This document shows, piece after piece, positions 26,501-39,466 of a stretch of DNA of 64,000 bases (position 1 is the first letter of the stretch; the number at the start of each line of letters is the position of its first letter). Below the pieces are notes generated by a model. It was not told where the DNA came from, ran no database searches, and was given only the letters and a program-made list of their open reading frames with translations. The DNA comes from Eledone cirrhosa (taxonomy: Eukaryota), in assembly GCA_964016885.1 (NCBI GenBank), contig OZ024746.1, positions 40,920,001-40,984,000 of the forward strand. Direction: 5' to 3'. A program made the position numbers and the translations under genes.

Positions 26501-28255
26501 TTAGCTTTGCCTTTCATCCTTACAGGTTGAATAAAATAAAGCACCAGTAATGCACTGGGGTTGATTTAATCAACTTTCCCTTTCCCTGGTGCTTTATTTT
26601 ATCAACCCCGTAAGGATGAAAGGCAAAGCTAACCTTGGTGGGATTTGAACTCAGATCGAAAAGGGCCGTAACTCTGTGCCGCACAGCATAGTGTTCGACG
26701 ATCTACTGATACCGCCAATCCACCGCCCTATTTGTTATATAATAATAAATACTTGAAATGATGTTTCATTCTGTTGAATTCTTAACAGTTCCTTAGAGTA
26801 TTGTATTTTTTATATTTTTCTGAAGCTTGAGAGCATATGGTTCAGCTGCCCTAAATATGTGTAATGTTGCACAAGGAGAAGGAGACGGTTATGCAGAACA
26901 TGGCATCCATTGTTGGGACATTGCTGCTGGAGCTGTTATAGTGACAGAAGCAGGTGGAGTTGTAATAGATCCTTCTGGTAAGTAAATCCATAATTCTTTC
27001 ATTACCATGACTCAAAGTGCCACACAGTCAAATAAAAAGAAAACAAGATTACTGAGTTGTTTTTATGTATCTGTCATAATTAACTGACCTTCACCCTGTC
27101 CACGCATCAACCCAAAACATTAAAAAAACAAAGGTGCCTGAGATACCAAATGCAGTTATGTGATAGAACAGACATCTGTTATATTTCATATGAGATATTT
27201 TCATAATGGCTATTCAAGATTAAGCCTTTCATTAGCACATTTCTAATGAAAAACACTGCCTATGATTTTTAATTTATTTTGAAAATAATCAAGAATTTGT
27301 TGGAATTTAGTAATATAACAAAATATTCTTATGTAAAATTACAATGAAAGGTTTAAATATAAATACTTTTAAACAAACAAAGGTTCTTTAATAAAATGAC
27401 AGATGGTTTTTAGATAAACACCATAACCATTTCGTTACCATATTTCCAATGAAGACATTGTCTATAATTTTCAATTTATTTTGAAAATAATCAAGAATTT
27501 GTAGGAATTTAGTAAAACATAATTTTCACATTTGTAAGCTGGTGTTTTGGAATATAACTTAAAGGTTCTTATGTAAAATTATGACAGATGGTTTTTAGGC
27601 AAGCAACTTAACCATTTCATTACCATATTTCCAATGAAAGACACTGCCTATGATTTTCAATTTATTTTGAAAATAATAAAGGCATCCAGCTGTAAAAAAC
27701 TGGCCAACATACAGTGGTGTTTGAGCAAGGTATGGTGCAATCAAATGGCCAGACTTACTTCATAGTGTGGATGACCCATCTGACTCATGATACTTTGATC
27801 TATAGTTTAAGCCGATTCTAAACTTTTGTGGGGTGTCACTATCTCTCTCTCTTTAGATGTGTATGTATGTTTGTGTGATTCAACCAACCAACCAATAAGC
27901 ATCTTTTTTATATTATATATAGATTGTATTTTTATGGTAAAGGCTTTACCTCACATAATATCGAATCTATGAGATTTTGATGATATTTATTTTGAGACCT
28001 TAACATCAGTATGAGCAACCAGTTATGGTTGGTTTGAACAGAAAGAGGTGAGAGAATTCTGACCGGATATGGTCAGTTTAAATGCTAAAGGGTTAACTTA
28101 AAAAGGTGTATTATTAATTTCACATAATTTCTTTACTTTTTTTTTCAGGTGATGAATTTGATCTGATGAGCCGAAGGGTTTTGGCAGCAGCAAGCATGCC
28201 GTTGGCATTAAAGATGGCTGCTATATTAGAAGATCCTGGATTTGATAGAGATTAA
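19975..28255 (+). CDS. IMPA1: Inositol monophosphatase 1-like, full gene span (8 coding exons, 840 nt, 279 aa)
   Basis: join(19975-20055,21130-21263,22599-22703,24335-24380,24644-24752,25988-26093,26826-26977,28149-28255); all introns GT-AG and phase-compatible; motifs [35 protein letters not shown]. Confidence 0.95.
20402..20616 (+). mobile_element. piggyBac-type MITE family A (intronic)
   Basis: TIRs and internal sequence match 19059-19279. Confidence 0.85.
21130..21263 (+). CDS. IMPA1: IMPA1-like coding exon 2
   Basis: [18 protein letters not shown]...YPGH; CAG| and |GTAAG. Confidence 0.95.
22599..22703 (+). CDS. IMPA1: IMPA1-like coding exon 3
   Basis: VIGEETT...[16 protein letters not shown] metal-binding motif; TAG| and |GTGAGT. 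Confidence 0.97.
23790..24035 (+). mobile_element. RTE-type LINE 3' fragment
   Basis: [19 protein letters not shown] resembles the terminal C..C...C.S.IGL.SH motif of RTE elements. Confidence 0.55.
24335..24380 (+). CDS. IMPA1: IMPA1-like coding exon 4
   Basis: [15 protein letters not shown]; 46 nt; TAG| and |GTAAGA. Confidence 0.92.
24644..24752 (+). CDS. IMPA1: IMPA1-like coding exon 5
   Basis: [27 protein letters not shown]; long pyrimidine tract before CAG. Confidence 0.95.
25988..26093 (+). CDS. IMPA1: IMPA1-like coding exon 6
   Basis: [18 protein letters not shown]...SHG; TAG| and |GTAAGA. Confidence 0.92.
26409..26729. mobile_element. Two SINE family A copies in tail-to-tail inverted orientation
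   Basis: Plus copy about 26409-26580 and minus copy about 26587-26729 are reverse complements. Confidence 0.85.
26826..26977 (+). CDS. IMPA1: IMPA1-like coding exon 7
   Basis: [42 protein letters not shown]; donor GTAAGT. Confidence 0.97.
28149..28255 (+). CDS. IMPA1: IMPA1-like last coding exon
   Basis: [16 protein letters not shown]...FDRD*; poly-T CAG acceptor; TAA at 28253-28255. Confidence 0.95.
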
Positions 28256-29390
28256 CAGTAAAAGGAATAGAGATAAATTACAGTTACACTGCTCTTTGTC
28301 ATTGATGTTGTGAAGATGAGAATTTTAGCCATTAAGTTTCGATAGATTTCGTAGTAAGTAATTCTCTAATGGCTTTCTCTAGTCAAAATACAAAGATATG
28401 AATTGTTCTGAGGAGATTTAATGAATGTAGAATTCACTAATTACTTTCACAAAAGTCTCATGTTTTTATTTTTCTTGTAATTCATTAAACAAAATATGCC
28501 GAAATTAAATCTACATATCGATATTCCAATTTTAATCCCAACTCTTGTTGTTATTAAAAATGTTTAAATTATTTCAAATTATCATTATAAGAAAACAATG
28601 GTCACATGACAACCACTTTGTGCTAAGCGACAGTGTTGACTTACCAGTGGTCAACTGCTGCTAACTTCAAATAAGAACTGACTCGGACAACAAACCTGTT
28701 CAACCTATGCCAGGCTGGAAAGCAGATATAAAAATGATGATGATGTACAAAACAAGTGATTAAACATTCTATTTTTAGAAGCATTGAGTGAGTTATGAAT
28801 TGTCGAAAATTAAGATCACTTAGAGTAAAGTTAATGGTTACAATGCACATTTTTTTTCTTTGAAAAATAGTCCAATAAGTATGGCATATAAATCCCTGCA
28901 GACTGAAAAAAAGTGTACAATGCCACTGGTGGGATTTGAACTCACACCTTCAATGGGGATGTGCTACTATTACACCAAAATGGTAGATCACTCCTTTCAA
29001 TTTTTTTAAGTGACACAACAAAAAGTGCCCAGTCCACACTGTAAATGTGGTTGATGTTAGGAAGGGCATCCAGCTGTAGAAACCAAGCCAAAATCAGCCC
29101 TGGATGAGCAAAGCACGGTCCTCTGACCTGATTCTCTCCCAAAGAGTCAACTTGTCCTACCCATGCTAGCGTGGAAAATGGATGTTAAACGATGATGATG
29201 ATTAACAGTTCAAAAGATTATTCTATCTTAAACTTGAACTTGGTTCAGGGAGAGCTCACTTATATAATATAAATAGATCATTGGGGAGAAAAGTGTTTGA
29301 AATTATAGTCAAACACGTGGTCTGATACATCCTGAAAATAAAGAGGCATCAAAGACTTATGAGAGATTAAATGGGTGAGTGAATGCCTGC

Positions 29391-29442
29391 AGCTAAGCAG
29401 ACCCAACAGAGGGACTGGTCCCTCTATTGGGTCTGCTTAGCT
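29391..29442. repeat. Near-perfect 25-bp inverted repeat
   Basis: AGCTAAGCAGACCCAACAGAGGGAC-TG-GTCCCTCTATTGGGTCTGCTTAGCT, one mismatch. Confidence 0.9.
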
Positions 29443-30254
29443 AAAAATTGTCAGCACTGTGATAGACAAAGCGATCAAGGGTATGGAGGTTGGGAAGGCA
29501 CTAGAATAATCTGGTTTAGTTGCTGAGATGCTACACATAAGGCATAGTAGGTTATAAGCTAGTCAGGTGCATAATCAATCAGGTAGTACAGGATGGTGTC
29601 ATATCCAAGGCAAAGGAGATGCATCAAATTGATAGACAAGCTCATGAAAGTTACTGAAAGGGTTATAGTTCAACTAATTAGGGGACAGAATTAAGTTAGA
29701 TGAGATAACCTTATAAGAGGCCAACTAGACCTATGTATGTGTGAGCTATAACAGATATATATACATTTCCAATTAAAGACACTGCCTAACAACTAAAGCT
29801 ATATATATATACCATAAACCTAAACTACCCACAAACTCAAGCAAACACAATTGTAATCTTACCACATCAGCCATAAATTAAATTCAAACATGTTACTGGT
29901 GTAGGGGTGATGGACATTGTCAAGCTTCAGCTATTGTATTACATAGTTTTATAATTTGGCATTCAAAAGGAGACAGACAAACAAAGATTGCATGATAATT
30001 ACATTGATAGATATAAAAGAATTACAAAACAGAATCAATTAAATAAGAACTTTATTCTTTCAGATAGAGGATATTATGAATTTTCTTTAAATTTTCCCAC
30101 TTCCTTGACTTTTTTTTGATTTTAAGAATGTTTCCTCTCCTTTGCTTTTATTGTCAAAGTCACCTCTTGAAATTTTACTGGTAACATCTCTCACACCTTG
30201 TATTCAAATAAGTTTACAAAAGTCAATCACCTAAGTATTAGTGGTGGCACTTGA

Positions 30255-30573
30255 CCCTTTAGCATTTAAACCGACCATATCCGGCCAGAATTCTGTCACC
30301 TCTTTCTGTTCAAACCGGCTGGAACCAGCTACTCATACTGATGTTAACGTGTTGTTCTCAAAATAAATAATATCAAAATCTCAGATTCAATATTATGTGA
30401 GAAAGCCTTTACCATGAAGATATAGAGTAATGTAAATGCTAAAGGGTTAAATAAACAGCTGTATACCACTCGTACTGATGTTAAGGTATTGTTCTCAAAA
30501 TCTCATAATTATGAGGTAAAGCCTTTACCATAAAAATACAATAGTATACATAGAGTAATGTAAATGGTAAAGG
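30255..30573 (-). mobile_element. MITE family A, one full and one partial copy in tandem
   Basis: Reverse orientation of 19059-19279; second TIR-like end near 30573. Confidence 0.8.
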
Positions 30574-31099
30574 GCCGAAACTTGTGATCTAACAGGAAAC
30601 AATTGATATTTACTTGTTTACCATGTTAGATGGCAATATGGCATATTTAGCATGTCAATAGAAAATGCTGTTTACTATGACAGTTCGTAAAAACAAGTAT
30701 TTACAATACCAACAATAATATTTTACATTATGTTATAGGATTTCTGGTTAACAATCTTCATTGGAAACAACTGAACTTTACAGTGTTAATAGAGAAGACA
30801 TGTTAGCTGTGTCAGCTGATATAATTTGATGTTAACAATAATGGGACTTAAAAGAACTAGCTTTGCAGTACCAAATTACCTGATAATTATTATCGCATCT
30901 GATGGCTTACAGGACCTCTGGACATTTTGGCATAAAAAATTAACCCACTAGATAAATCAACTTCATCTTGGTAACCATTTTTGGGGTCTCAGAAGCCATC
31001 AAATACAGTAATTGTAGCTACACTACTGTAGCTAACTGACAAACATCATTAATGTTTGAAAAATAAAAGAATTAACCCTTAACAGCAATAACATTATTA

Positions 31100-31437
31100 T
31101 CATGACATTGATACTACAAACTTGAGCAGTTCATCCTTTATAGTATTTTCGCATGCTTTACATACTGTGTAGTGAATTTGGGATTTTTTAATCATTTCAC
31201 AGATTCTTGAATGAGGCTTTGGGTTAGGTTGCAGCTCTTTATAGATTTCCATCATGTCTGTTAAAGGCAGTTCTTTAAAGTGTTGTCGATCTTGGAGAAT
31301 AGTGGACAGTACAATGTCACCAAATTTCATGTAGTGGGCAGTTGAAGCAATAATCATTGGTTGGTTATTATTGATTGATTTTTGATATCGGTCAGCAACA
31401 ACCTTAGCAACTGCTGTGTGAGTATCAAGAAGGTAGC
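31100..31437 (-). CDS. THNSL1: THNSL1-like last coding exon
   Basis: YLLDTHTAVAKVVADR...IIASTAHYMKF...VVSMS*; acceptor TTTTCAG|GC. Confidence 0.9.
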
Positions 31438-34400
31438 CTGAAAATATAATAGTAAATATAGAGTAATGTAAATGCTAAAGGGTTACACTGGAAAACAGAA
31501 GGAATGTCCATCATATATATTCTTATAAGTGGTCAGCTCAACCAGAACAGACTGTGGCTACCCAACAACAGTAGTAGTTATTCACAAGTCTCACAACATT
31601 GTCAATCTTAAGTATTTAATTAATTATTTTATACACGGCTCATCAGTCTCACGAGAGGATTCCATATCTGTACAGCAAATTAGCAAACTACTAACCAAGC
31701 ACCCAATCCTCCCTGTCATGGTTGTGCTGGTGATACAAGAAAAAACACCCTGTCCACGCTGGTGACGTGACGTGACAAAAACCACCCAGTCCACTCTGTT
31801 AGATGGTTGTTTTGGGGCCACAATAAAAGCACCAAGTGCCTACTGTAATGTCGTTGGTTTTAGAAAGGGCATCCAAGTGTAGAAACCAAGGCAAAATACA
31901 GATTCATATGAGCAAGATGTGGTTGGCTGACCTGACTTGTCTCATAATGTGACAACCCGTCTCACCCATACATGTATGGATCATGGACGTTAAAGGATGA
32001 TGATAAACAACGAAAGAGCCTTCACATGATTACTTACTTGATCAGCTAGAGACTACAGCCAATTTCCCGTCAAACTACTGTCTTAATAAGGTAGATTAGA
32101 AAATATAATCTGGAGTAAATTATGCTTGAAAAATACAGGATGTTCATGGCTTGAATTCTTTTAATCATAGGTCTACTTGATCAGGGCTGACCTGGGGTTA
32201 GTAGACAACAACTACTACAAATAATCAATTTAAATTAGTTTGTGTTCCATTCCCACTCTTTGTTCTTAACTGTTCCCCTGTCAATAAATGAAGCATGAAT
32301 TTTTCAATCCTTTGCACTAGACTCCCCTCTCATAATGTAAGTAAAGAAATTTGAACCCATGAAGCCATTGGGACTTTTTACTTAACCTTCAGCATGCTGT
32401 GGGCAACAAAATGTACCATATGAGTAATCTCCCCTTAATACATAATATATAATGCAGTGTCAAGGGAAACAACTAAAAAAAATTACTAGCACACTAAAGG
32501 TTAACATAGTAAAAGTAAAACCTCCCATGACTGCTGATGTCAACCTTAATTTATAGAGCTAAATTCTCGAGATATTAGTCTGTAATTGTCATTTACCAGT
32601 GGTTTTATATGTTGATAAAATGGCATCCAAGCAATCTTCTTCTGAGCACCAATCAGCATACATGTCAGACTGGATTTTACTCAAAATCTGACAAAATAAA
32701 AAAAATATATAAATAACAATTGACTGATAATAAATGATAACAAATAGATATGAAATAAGAGTCCCTCCTAATTCCAAAATAAAATATGTATAGTGTATAA
32801 GTAGTCATTATTAGTTTTAAAAAATACTCCAGTGAATAGCTCTAAAATAATGAAACATTTCTCTCCATAAAATAATTCCTTTTCCAAAAGCTCAAGACCA
32901 ATTTTTTTCATTGAATTCATCTGAATAGATTGCTTGTAACTACTTTAGCAATCCCCAGAGAGTCTAGCTAAGATCCACATTATTGATCCTAACTTATGTT
33001 GGCTTCAATCACTATCACACTGTCAAAATGTGTCTCTGTGCCTTTTTTATAAATATATTCATGGGGATTGTTCTGATGAGCTTTTCTCTTTGTTGCCTCA
33101 TCTTCAAGAATTTAAATGGAGCATCAGATTGGCAGGTAGGTCTCAACCATTTACAGTTGAAATTCCTAAATGCAATCACAAATTCTATTCTAATAGTTTC
33201 TTCCCTCACACATCTCACCTATGGAATTCTCTTCTAACTTCTTGTTTTCTTGATTACTACAATTTGCAAAAATTCAAAAGCAACATTAATCATCATTTCT
33301 TTTGTTGAATTATGTTCTCTCTGTCTTGTTCTTCTCCTTTCTCAGTAACCCCCTGCATTTTAGAGGTGTTATTGACTTGCTTGGGGTGAGCAAAGGAAAA
33401 AAAGTTTACCGACAGAATTTGAACACTCAAGACATCAAATTATATAATAATTTCTATAATGTTAAGTGGATAACAAATTTTGGATAGGATATTAGCAATA
33501 TAGGTAACAACTTGCCAAAATGATAATGATGATGATGATTGGTATTTATTCTTCAGCTTGATAAACTAAGACAGTAAGTAAGAATTAATCTTTTGTTTAA
33601 AGATAAAAAATTACAGCAGAATATGAGTTTACAACACAAGTTAGTAGTCAAATATTTTATCTTTTTAACTATTGCACAACCCTTTGACAAAGTAGTTATA
33701 AGAAATTAGAATTGTCATTGTCTAGTATGTGATAAATTTATTGTTTGGATGGATATATGAGGTAAGAAAAGAATAAATAGTTAATAGCATTATCCCTTTG
33801 ATACTAAAATGCATGAAACCATCCCTAGTTCTATCTTAGAAAACTGTTTATTTTAAAGTGATTATTTTTATGTAAAATCGTTCAATCATAATTTTCTGTG
33901 AAAACCTTTGTTATGCTCCAATCACCAGCTTAACCCTTTAGCATTTACATTACTCTATATTTACTCTGTATTTTCATGGTAACGGCTTTATTTCACATAA
34001 TTGTCCCACATAATATTGAATCTACAAGATTTTGATATTTATTTTGAGGAAAATGCCTTAACATAAATATGAACGGCCAGTTACAGCCAGTTTGAACAGA
34101 AAGAGGTGAGAGAATTCTGGCCAAATATGGCCGATTTAAATATTAAAGGGTTAATAAAGAGAAAGTTAAACCCTTCAAAATACTTGATTATTTTCTAAAC
34201 AATTTTGAAATCATAAGCAGTGTTTTTCATAAGAAATATGGTAACGAAAGATTTATAAGTGAAAATTAGTTTTGATAGATGTAGAACTCAACAATCAAAC
34301 TGAAGAGATATTTGCCATGTTTGAAACAAATGTTTTAACTTACTTCTTTATTAACTTGAAAATAGCCATGTTCTTTTAAAGAATTATCATAATGTTTCAC

Positions 34401-37400
34401 ATGATGTGTTGAGTTGCCAGAGACATGGTAAAGATATCGTTCAAGATTGGATGGTATTAAAATATCAATAGAAGGAGAGATAGTATGTAATAAGTTACGT
34501 CCTTGCAAGAAATAACAACCTGTCTTGATGAATTCACTAACAACGTTATTTTCATTGTTTGCACAAATAATTTTCTGAAATGGAATACCCATTTTCTGGG
34601 TGGAACAAAGGAAAATATTTTATAACAAAATAATCATGCTTACATATAAAATACACATAAGAAATATAATTAAATACAAAAAAACCTTAAATGTAGGAAA
34701 TATATAAATAAGGGTTTCTGATTTAGGTACAAGGCCAGCAATTTTGGGGAAGGGAAATGTCGATTAAATCAAACCCAGTGTGTTACTGGTACTTTATTTT
34801 ATCAACCCCGTAAGGATGAAAGGCAAAGCTAACCTCGGCGGGATTTGAACTCAGAATGTAAAGGGTCATGACTATGCTATGAAGCATGGTGTCTGATGCT
34901 CTCCTGATATTGCCAATACACCAATATAGAGTAAACTTCTTTTCCTTCTCCTTCTGCTGCTCGTAAAATCTGTCCAGCGATTCTTTCCTGAGACATTCTA
35001 ACCACATGCCCATAATATCAGAGCTGTGATCTCTCAATTAGGAGAAGTAGCAGTTCTACCTAAAGCGACACTTTGATCTATGCACTCTATCCAATTTTGG
35101 CCTGATTACTAAAGCTGACTGCCCTCCTTAAGACTAACCATTTAACATACTGTACTTATTGCATTTTATCATGACACCAATACTAGAGATGTTTTCATGT
35201 CCTAAACAAGATCAAAGAGCTTTCTCTGCCCTACATTGCCTCTGTTGCCAACCATTTTGCTGTCTGTACTGGGTGTATTTTATTAAGGCACTGGTACTAG
35301 AGAGGCTGTCATGTCCTCAACATCACTAAAGAACCTTCTCTATTTTACACTGTCCCCATTTGAGTGCCAAACAGCTTATAGAGTGTACAGGATGTATTTT
35401 ATTGTGGCACTACCAGTAGAAAGGTTGCCTTAACCCCTGCAGATTAAAAGAGTCTTTTCCACTCAATGTCAACTATGAACTTTTAAAGTAAATATGGCTG
35501 AGAATATAGTTTAAAGGAAAGTAATTTCCAGGCGGTTAAATAAGGGGAATGTATGAATATGAATGTTAAGGGGTAGACAGTGAAAATAAGAAGAGGGGGG
35601 AAGGAAAATGGTAGCAACATATTAGACATAAGAGAAGGTAAGGGGAGGTTGAACAAAGAGACACTAGCTGTCATGTTAGGAGAAAACTAGCAATGTACCC
35701 TGAGAGTTACAATTTTGAAAGATATCTTAAACCCTATTTAGTAAGAGTTTATATTTATATATTTGTATGTTTTTACCTTAGAGTAGTATGCTGCCAGTAC
35801 ATTTCCAAAGTTACCGGTTGGAATACAAATATCAACAGGATCACCAAAGTGAATAACATTGTTTTTAACCATGTTCAAATAGGCTGCAGTATGGTGTACC
35901 ACTTGTGGTAGAAGTCTTCCCCAGTTGATAGAATTGGCTGCACTGGAAAAGAAACAAAATACTATTAGGAATGACAACTGGTTAATGATAACTAATTGAA
36001 ACAATGTCTCTTTCTTTTTGAGATCAATTTAATGCAGGGATCCCTACAACTAGAACCAGACTATTAAGGAATGAAAGGAGCAGTTGCTCAAGGTCCCTGT
36101 GTGCAAAGGGACCAGTAGAGGGCACTCCAATGGTAGCCATGGGCACCTTGTAAGACAAGGTGCCCATGGCTACCATTGGAGTGCCCTCTACTGCTAGTAG
36201 GATGCTCTGTGCTAGACAGAATTTTGGTGATAATTTGATTTTATATTTTAGACAAACCAAAATTGTTTCTAATAATGTATATGATGTTGCTTTTCTGAAA
36301 ATTCATCACTGTAGGCTACAGTTTAAATTATGAGTCTTGCTGTGAAAACATTGCCTTCAAATGTTTCACAGCTTATTGACTGTTCATCAAAAGACAAGTA
36401 TCATATTTTCCATCTATGAAATAGATATTAATGTAGACACAATCAGAGCTCTATGGTTAACAAGGTGCAGGCATGACTATATATTTAAGAAGTTTGCCAC
36501 ATGGTTTCATGTTTGGCCTCATTGTCTGACACGTTGGGTAAGTCTTTTCTATCTTGGGTTGCCTAAGGTATTTTGAATGGGATTTGGTAAATAGAAACTG
36601 TGCGTGCGTGCATCGGTCGGTCAGTCAGTTGGCCTGTGTGTGTGTTTATGTCTACACCGTTTAACTGGTGCTATTTGTTTATGTCATGTAACTTATATAG
36701 CACTGCACTCCCCTGCCCAATTAAATGGTAACTAAATAGGAAGTTAATCTTTAATCCAGTTTAAACCAAAGGAAATAAAATCTACAAGCATTGCACTAAC
36801 CTGAGAGATAAATTATACTTTGATTCAAGAAAATCCTTCAATTCTTTGTCTTGAAAAATATTTTTTACTGTTTTCTGACAGAAATCAAAATCACCAGCAA
36901 CTTCTGAAATAATAAATTATTTAAACATCTGGAGAATTTCAAATGTCTACATCCCATAATAATAGTTGTTCACTATAAATAATACCCCTGAAGATAGAGA
37001 TGTCTCTCTTCACTTTTTTTATCTCCAGTGGTACTTTACCAGTTTTATTATTTATAGTGATTGACTATTATTAAATTGGTCATGTAAAAGACACAGCATA
37101 AAATCATCCAGCACACGCTGCATATGTGGTTGGCATTAGGAAGGGCATCCAGCCATAGAAAACCAGCCAGAAACAGTCCTATATGAGCAGACATTGTCAC
37201 CCGACTATTACTGTAATCATTTGCATTGGGATGCACACATTTTTATCAACTTCAATATTAATCACATTCACCACTCTCTCTCTCTCCCAGTCAGAGTAGG
37301 CTAGGAGCATTACTCTGCTACCTTAGACAAAGAAATAAAAACATTTCTCTTCAGATTTTGTTACAATTGAGACAGCTTAAACAGGAAACAATATTGGAGC

Positions 37401-39428
37401 TGTCAAATGCCTATCAAATTATCAGTCATAACAATATACCACATCTTTGTATATCTATATATATCTTCATTTGTAACTCTTTAAAATTCACACACCAACA
37501 CACACACAATACCTTTCCTATATCAGCCATGTTGCTTTATCAAAAAGTTCACTTTCCAATTAGATTTGTCCTTGTAAAAAGTTATTTCTCTCAAGTTACT
37601 CATATATTTCATTTTACTATGTTATTTGTACATAGATGCTGAACATTTATGCAATTATATCCTATCATTTTATCTTTAAACACTTCAATGCGTCAGTAAT
37701 CAACATAAACTATAGGGTTTCACTTATCCAAACACAAATTTCCCAGTTTTTATGATTGTTCATATATCCAGTAATCCTGGACTCCAAAAATTAAATTTGT
37801 TCAATACTATTGCCATCATTATTGATGACACTAATCCATTAGTATTTAGTATTTACTACCATATTTTTTAAAGTCTGGGAAACATCTAACAGTGCCATTG
37901 TTAACATATTAATAGGGTGAAGGCTTGTGACTTAGTGGTATAGCGAGTTGAATTCACAATCGTGAGGTTGTGAGTTCAATTCTCAGACCTGGTGATGTGC
38001 TGTGTCCTTGAGCAAGACACTTTATTTCATATTGCTCCTTCTGCCAGGAGTTGCAACTGGTAGATAGTATCAGCAATGGAAAGACCAATGGAAACATTGT
38101 TTCCTTGGTCCGATTTGATGATGTCTACACAACTTGGCAAGTGAATGAGGTCTGGGATCTTGTTGATCGATCAGAGCAAGTGATTAATAAGGTGGGGGAT
38201 TGGAAGAATTGGTAGAGCATCAGATAAAATGCCATTGTGGTATTTGTTCTGGCTCTTTACAAGGTCAAGGGAGTTGATAAAATAAAGTACCAGTCAAGTA
38301 CTGGGGTTGATTAAATCAACTTTTTCCTTCTCCCATATCTGGTGGCTTTGTGGTTAAATCAGAAATCAATATTTACCACCTATCATTTACATTCCCATCA
38401 GAAATAGAAAGAGTTGAATGCATTGCTCAGATTTATAACTCAATCATGTTAGTACAACATGAGTGTAATTATTCTCTAGGGACAATGTATGAGGGTTGGT
38501 TGAAAAGTTCATAGGCTGACCATGATACTCTCATGGAATGACAAAATTAGGTTTAGTTTTCAGCATACTCTGGAGAAAAAAAATGCAGTTATTAATAAGA
38601 GTTGAAATTAATGCATGCAATGTTTCATAGCTCTAGCATCACTCCTTCATAGTTAGCCTATGAACTTTTCAGACCATCCTCGTATGTATATAAATGTATG
38701 GGCCTGTAACTTCTGGTGGTGTTTTAGGAGTGCCATCATGACACACAGATTTAGACCGGCTGTATCTTCCTGTTCAAACTGGCTGTAACCAGCCATGCAT
38801 ACTGATGTTAAGGTATTGTTCTCAAAATAAATAATATCAAAATCTCATAAATTCAGTATTATTCATGAAAATATAATAGTAAATATAGAGTAATGTAAAA
38901 GCTAAAGGGTTAAACCTGGTGGAGCCCACCTCCTTTCTAGGTTTAAACACTGTTAAATTTCTCCCAGAGAAGGTGAGACAGTGATAGAGAGGAAGTGAGA
39001 AAGAGATATAGAGGAAGAAACAACCCCAGTATTTCATTGGAACTTGTTTTATTGATCTCGAAAGAATAAAAGGCAAAGTTGACTTTGGCAGGATTTGAAC
39101 TCAAATCACAGAGACCGGAAACGAATATGCAAAGCTTTGTATCTGATGTTCTAACGACTCTGCCAATTTGAATAGGGACAATTCTTTCTTCTTTATCACC
39201 ACCATTGGGTATTATCAACATTAGACATTCTATCAGTGAACTAGGATATCTAATAATAGAAGAATTAATTCAGTAGCTACTGCATACATATATAGGCGAT
39301 TAAATAGCTTCTATTAGAAAAACAAGCAAACAACAGCAACAAAAAACAAACTAGCCACAACATCTGGAAATAAATCAAAATAGCTGAAAACTGCAAAGAC
39401 AGTAAATTATAAAGAATACATATACATG

Positions 39429-39466
<38 letters not shown>

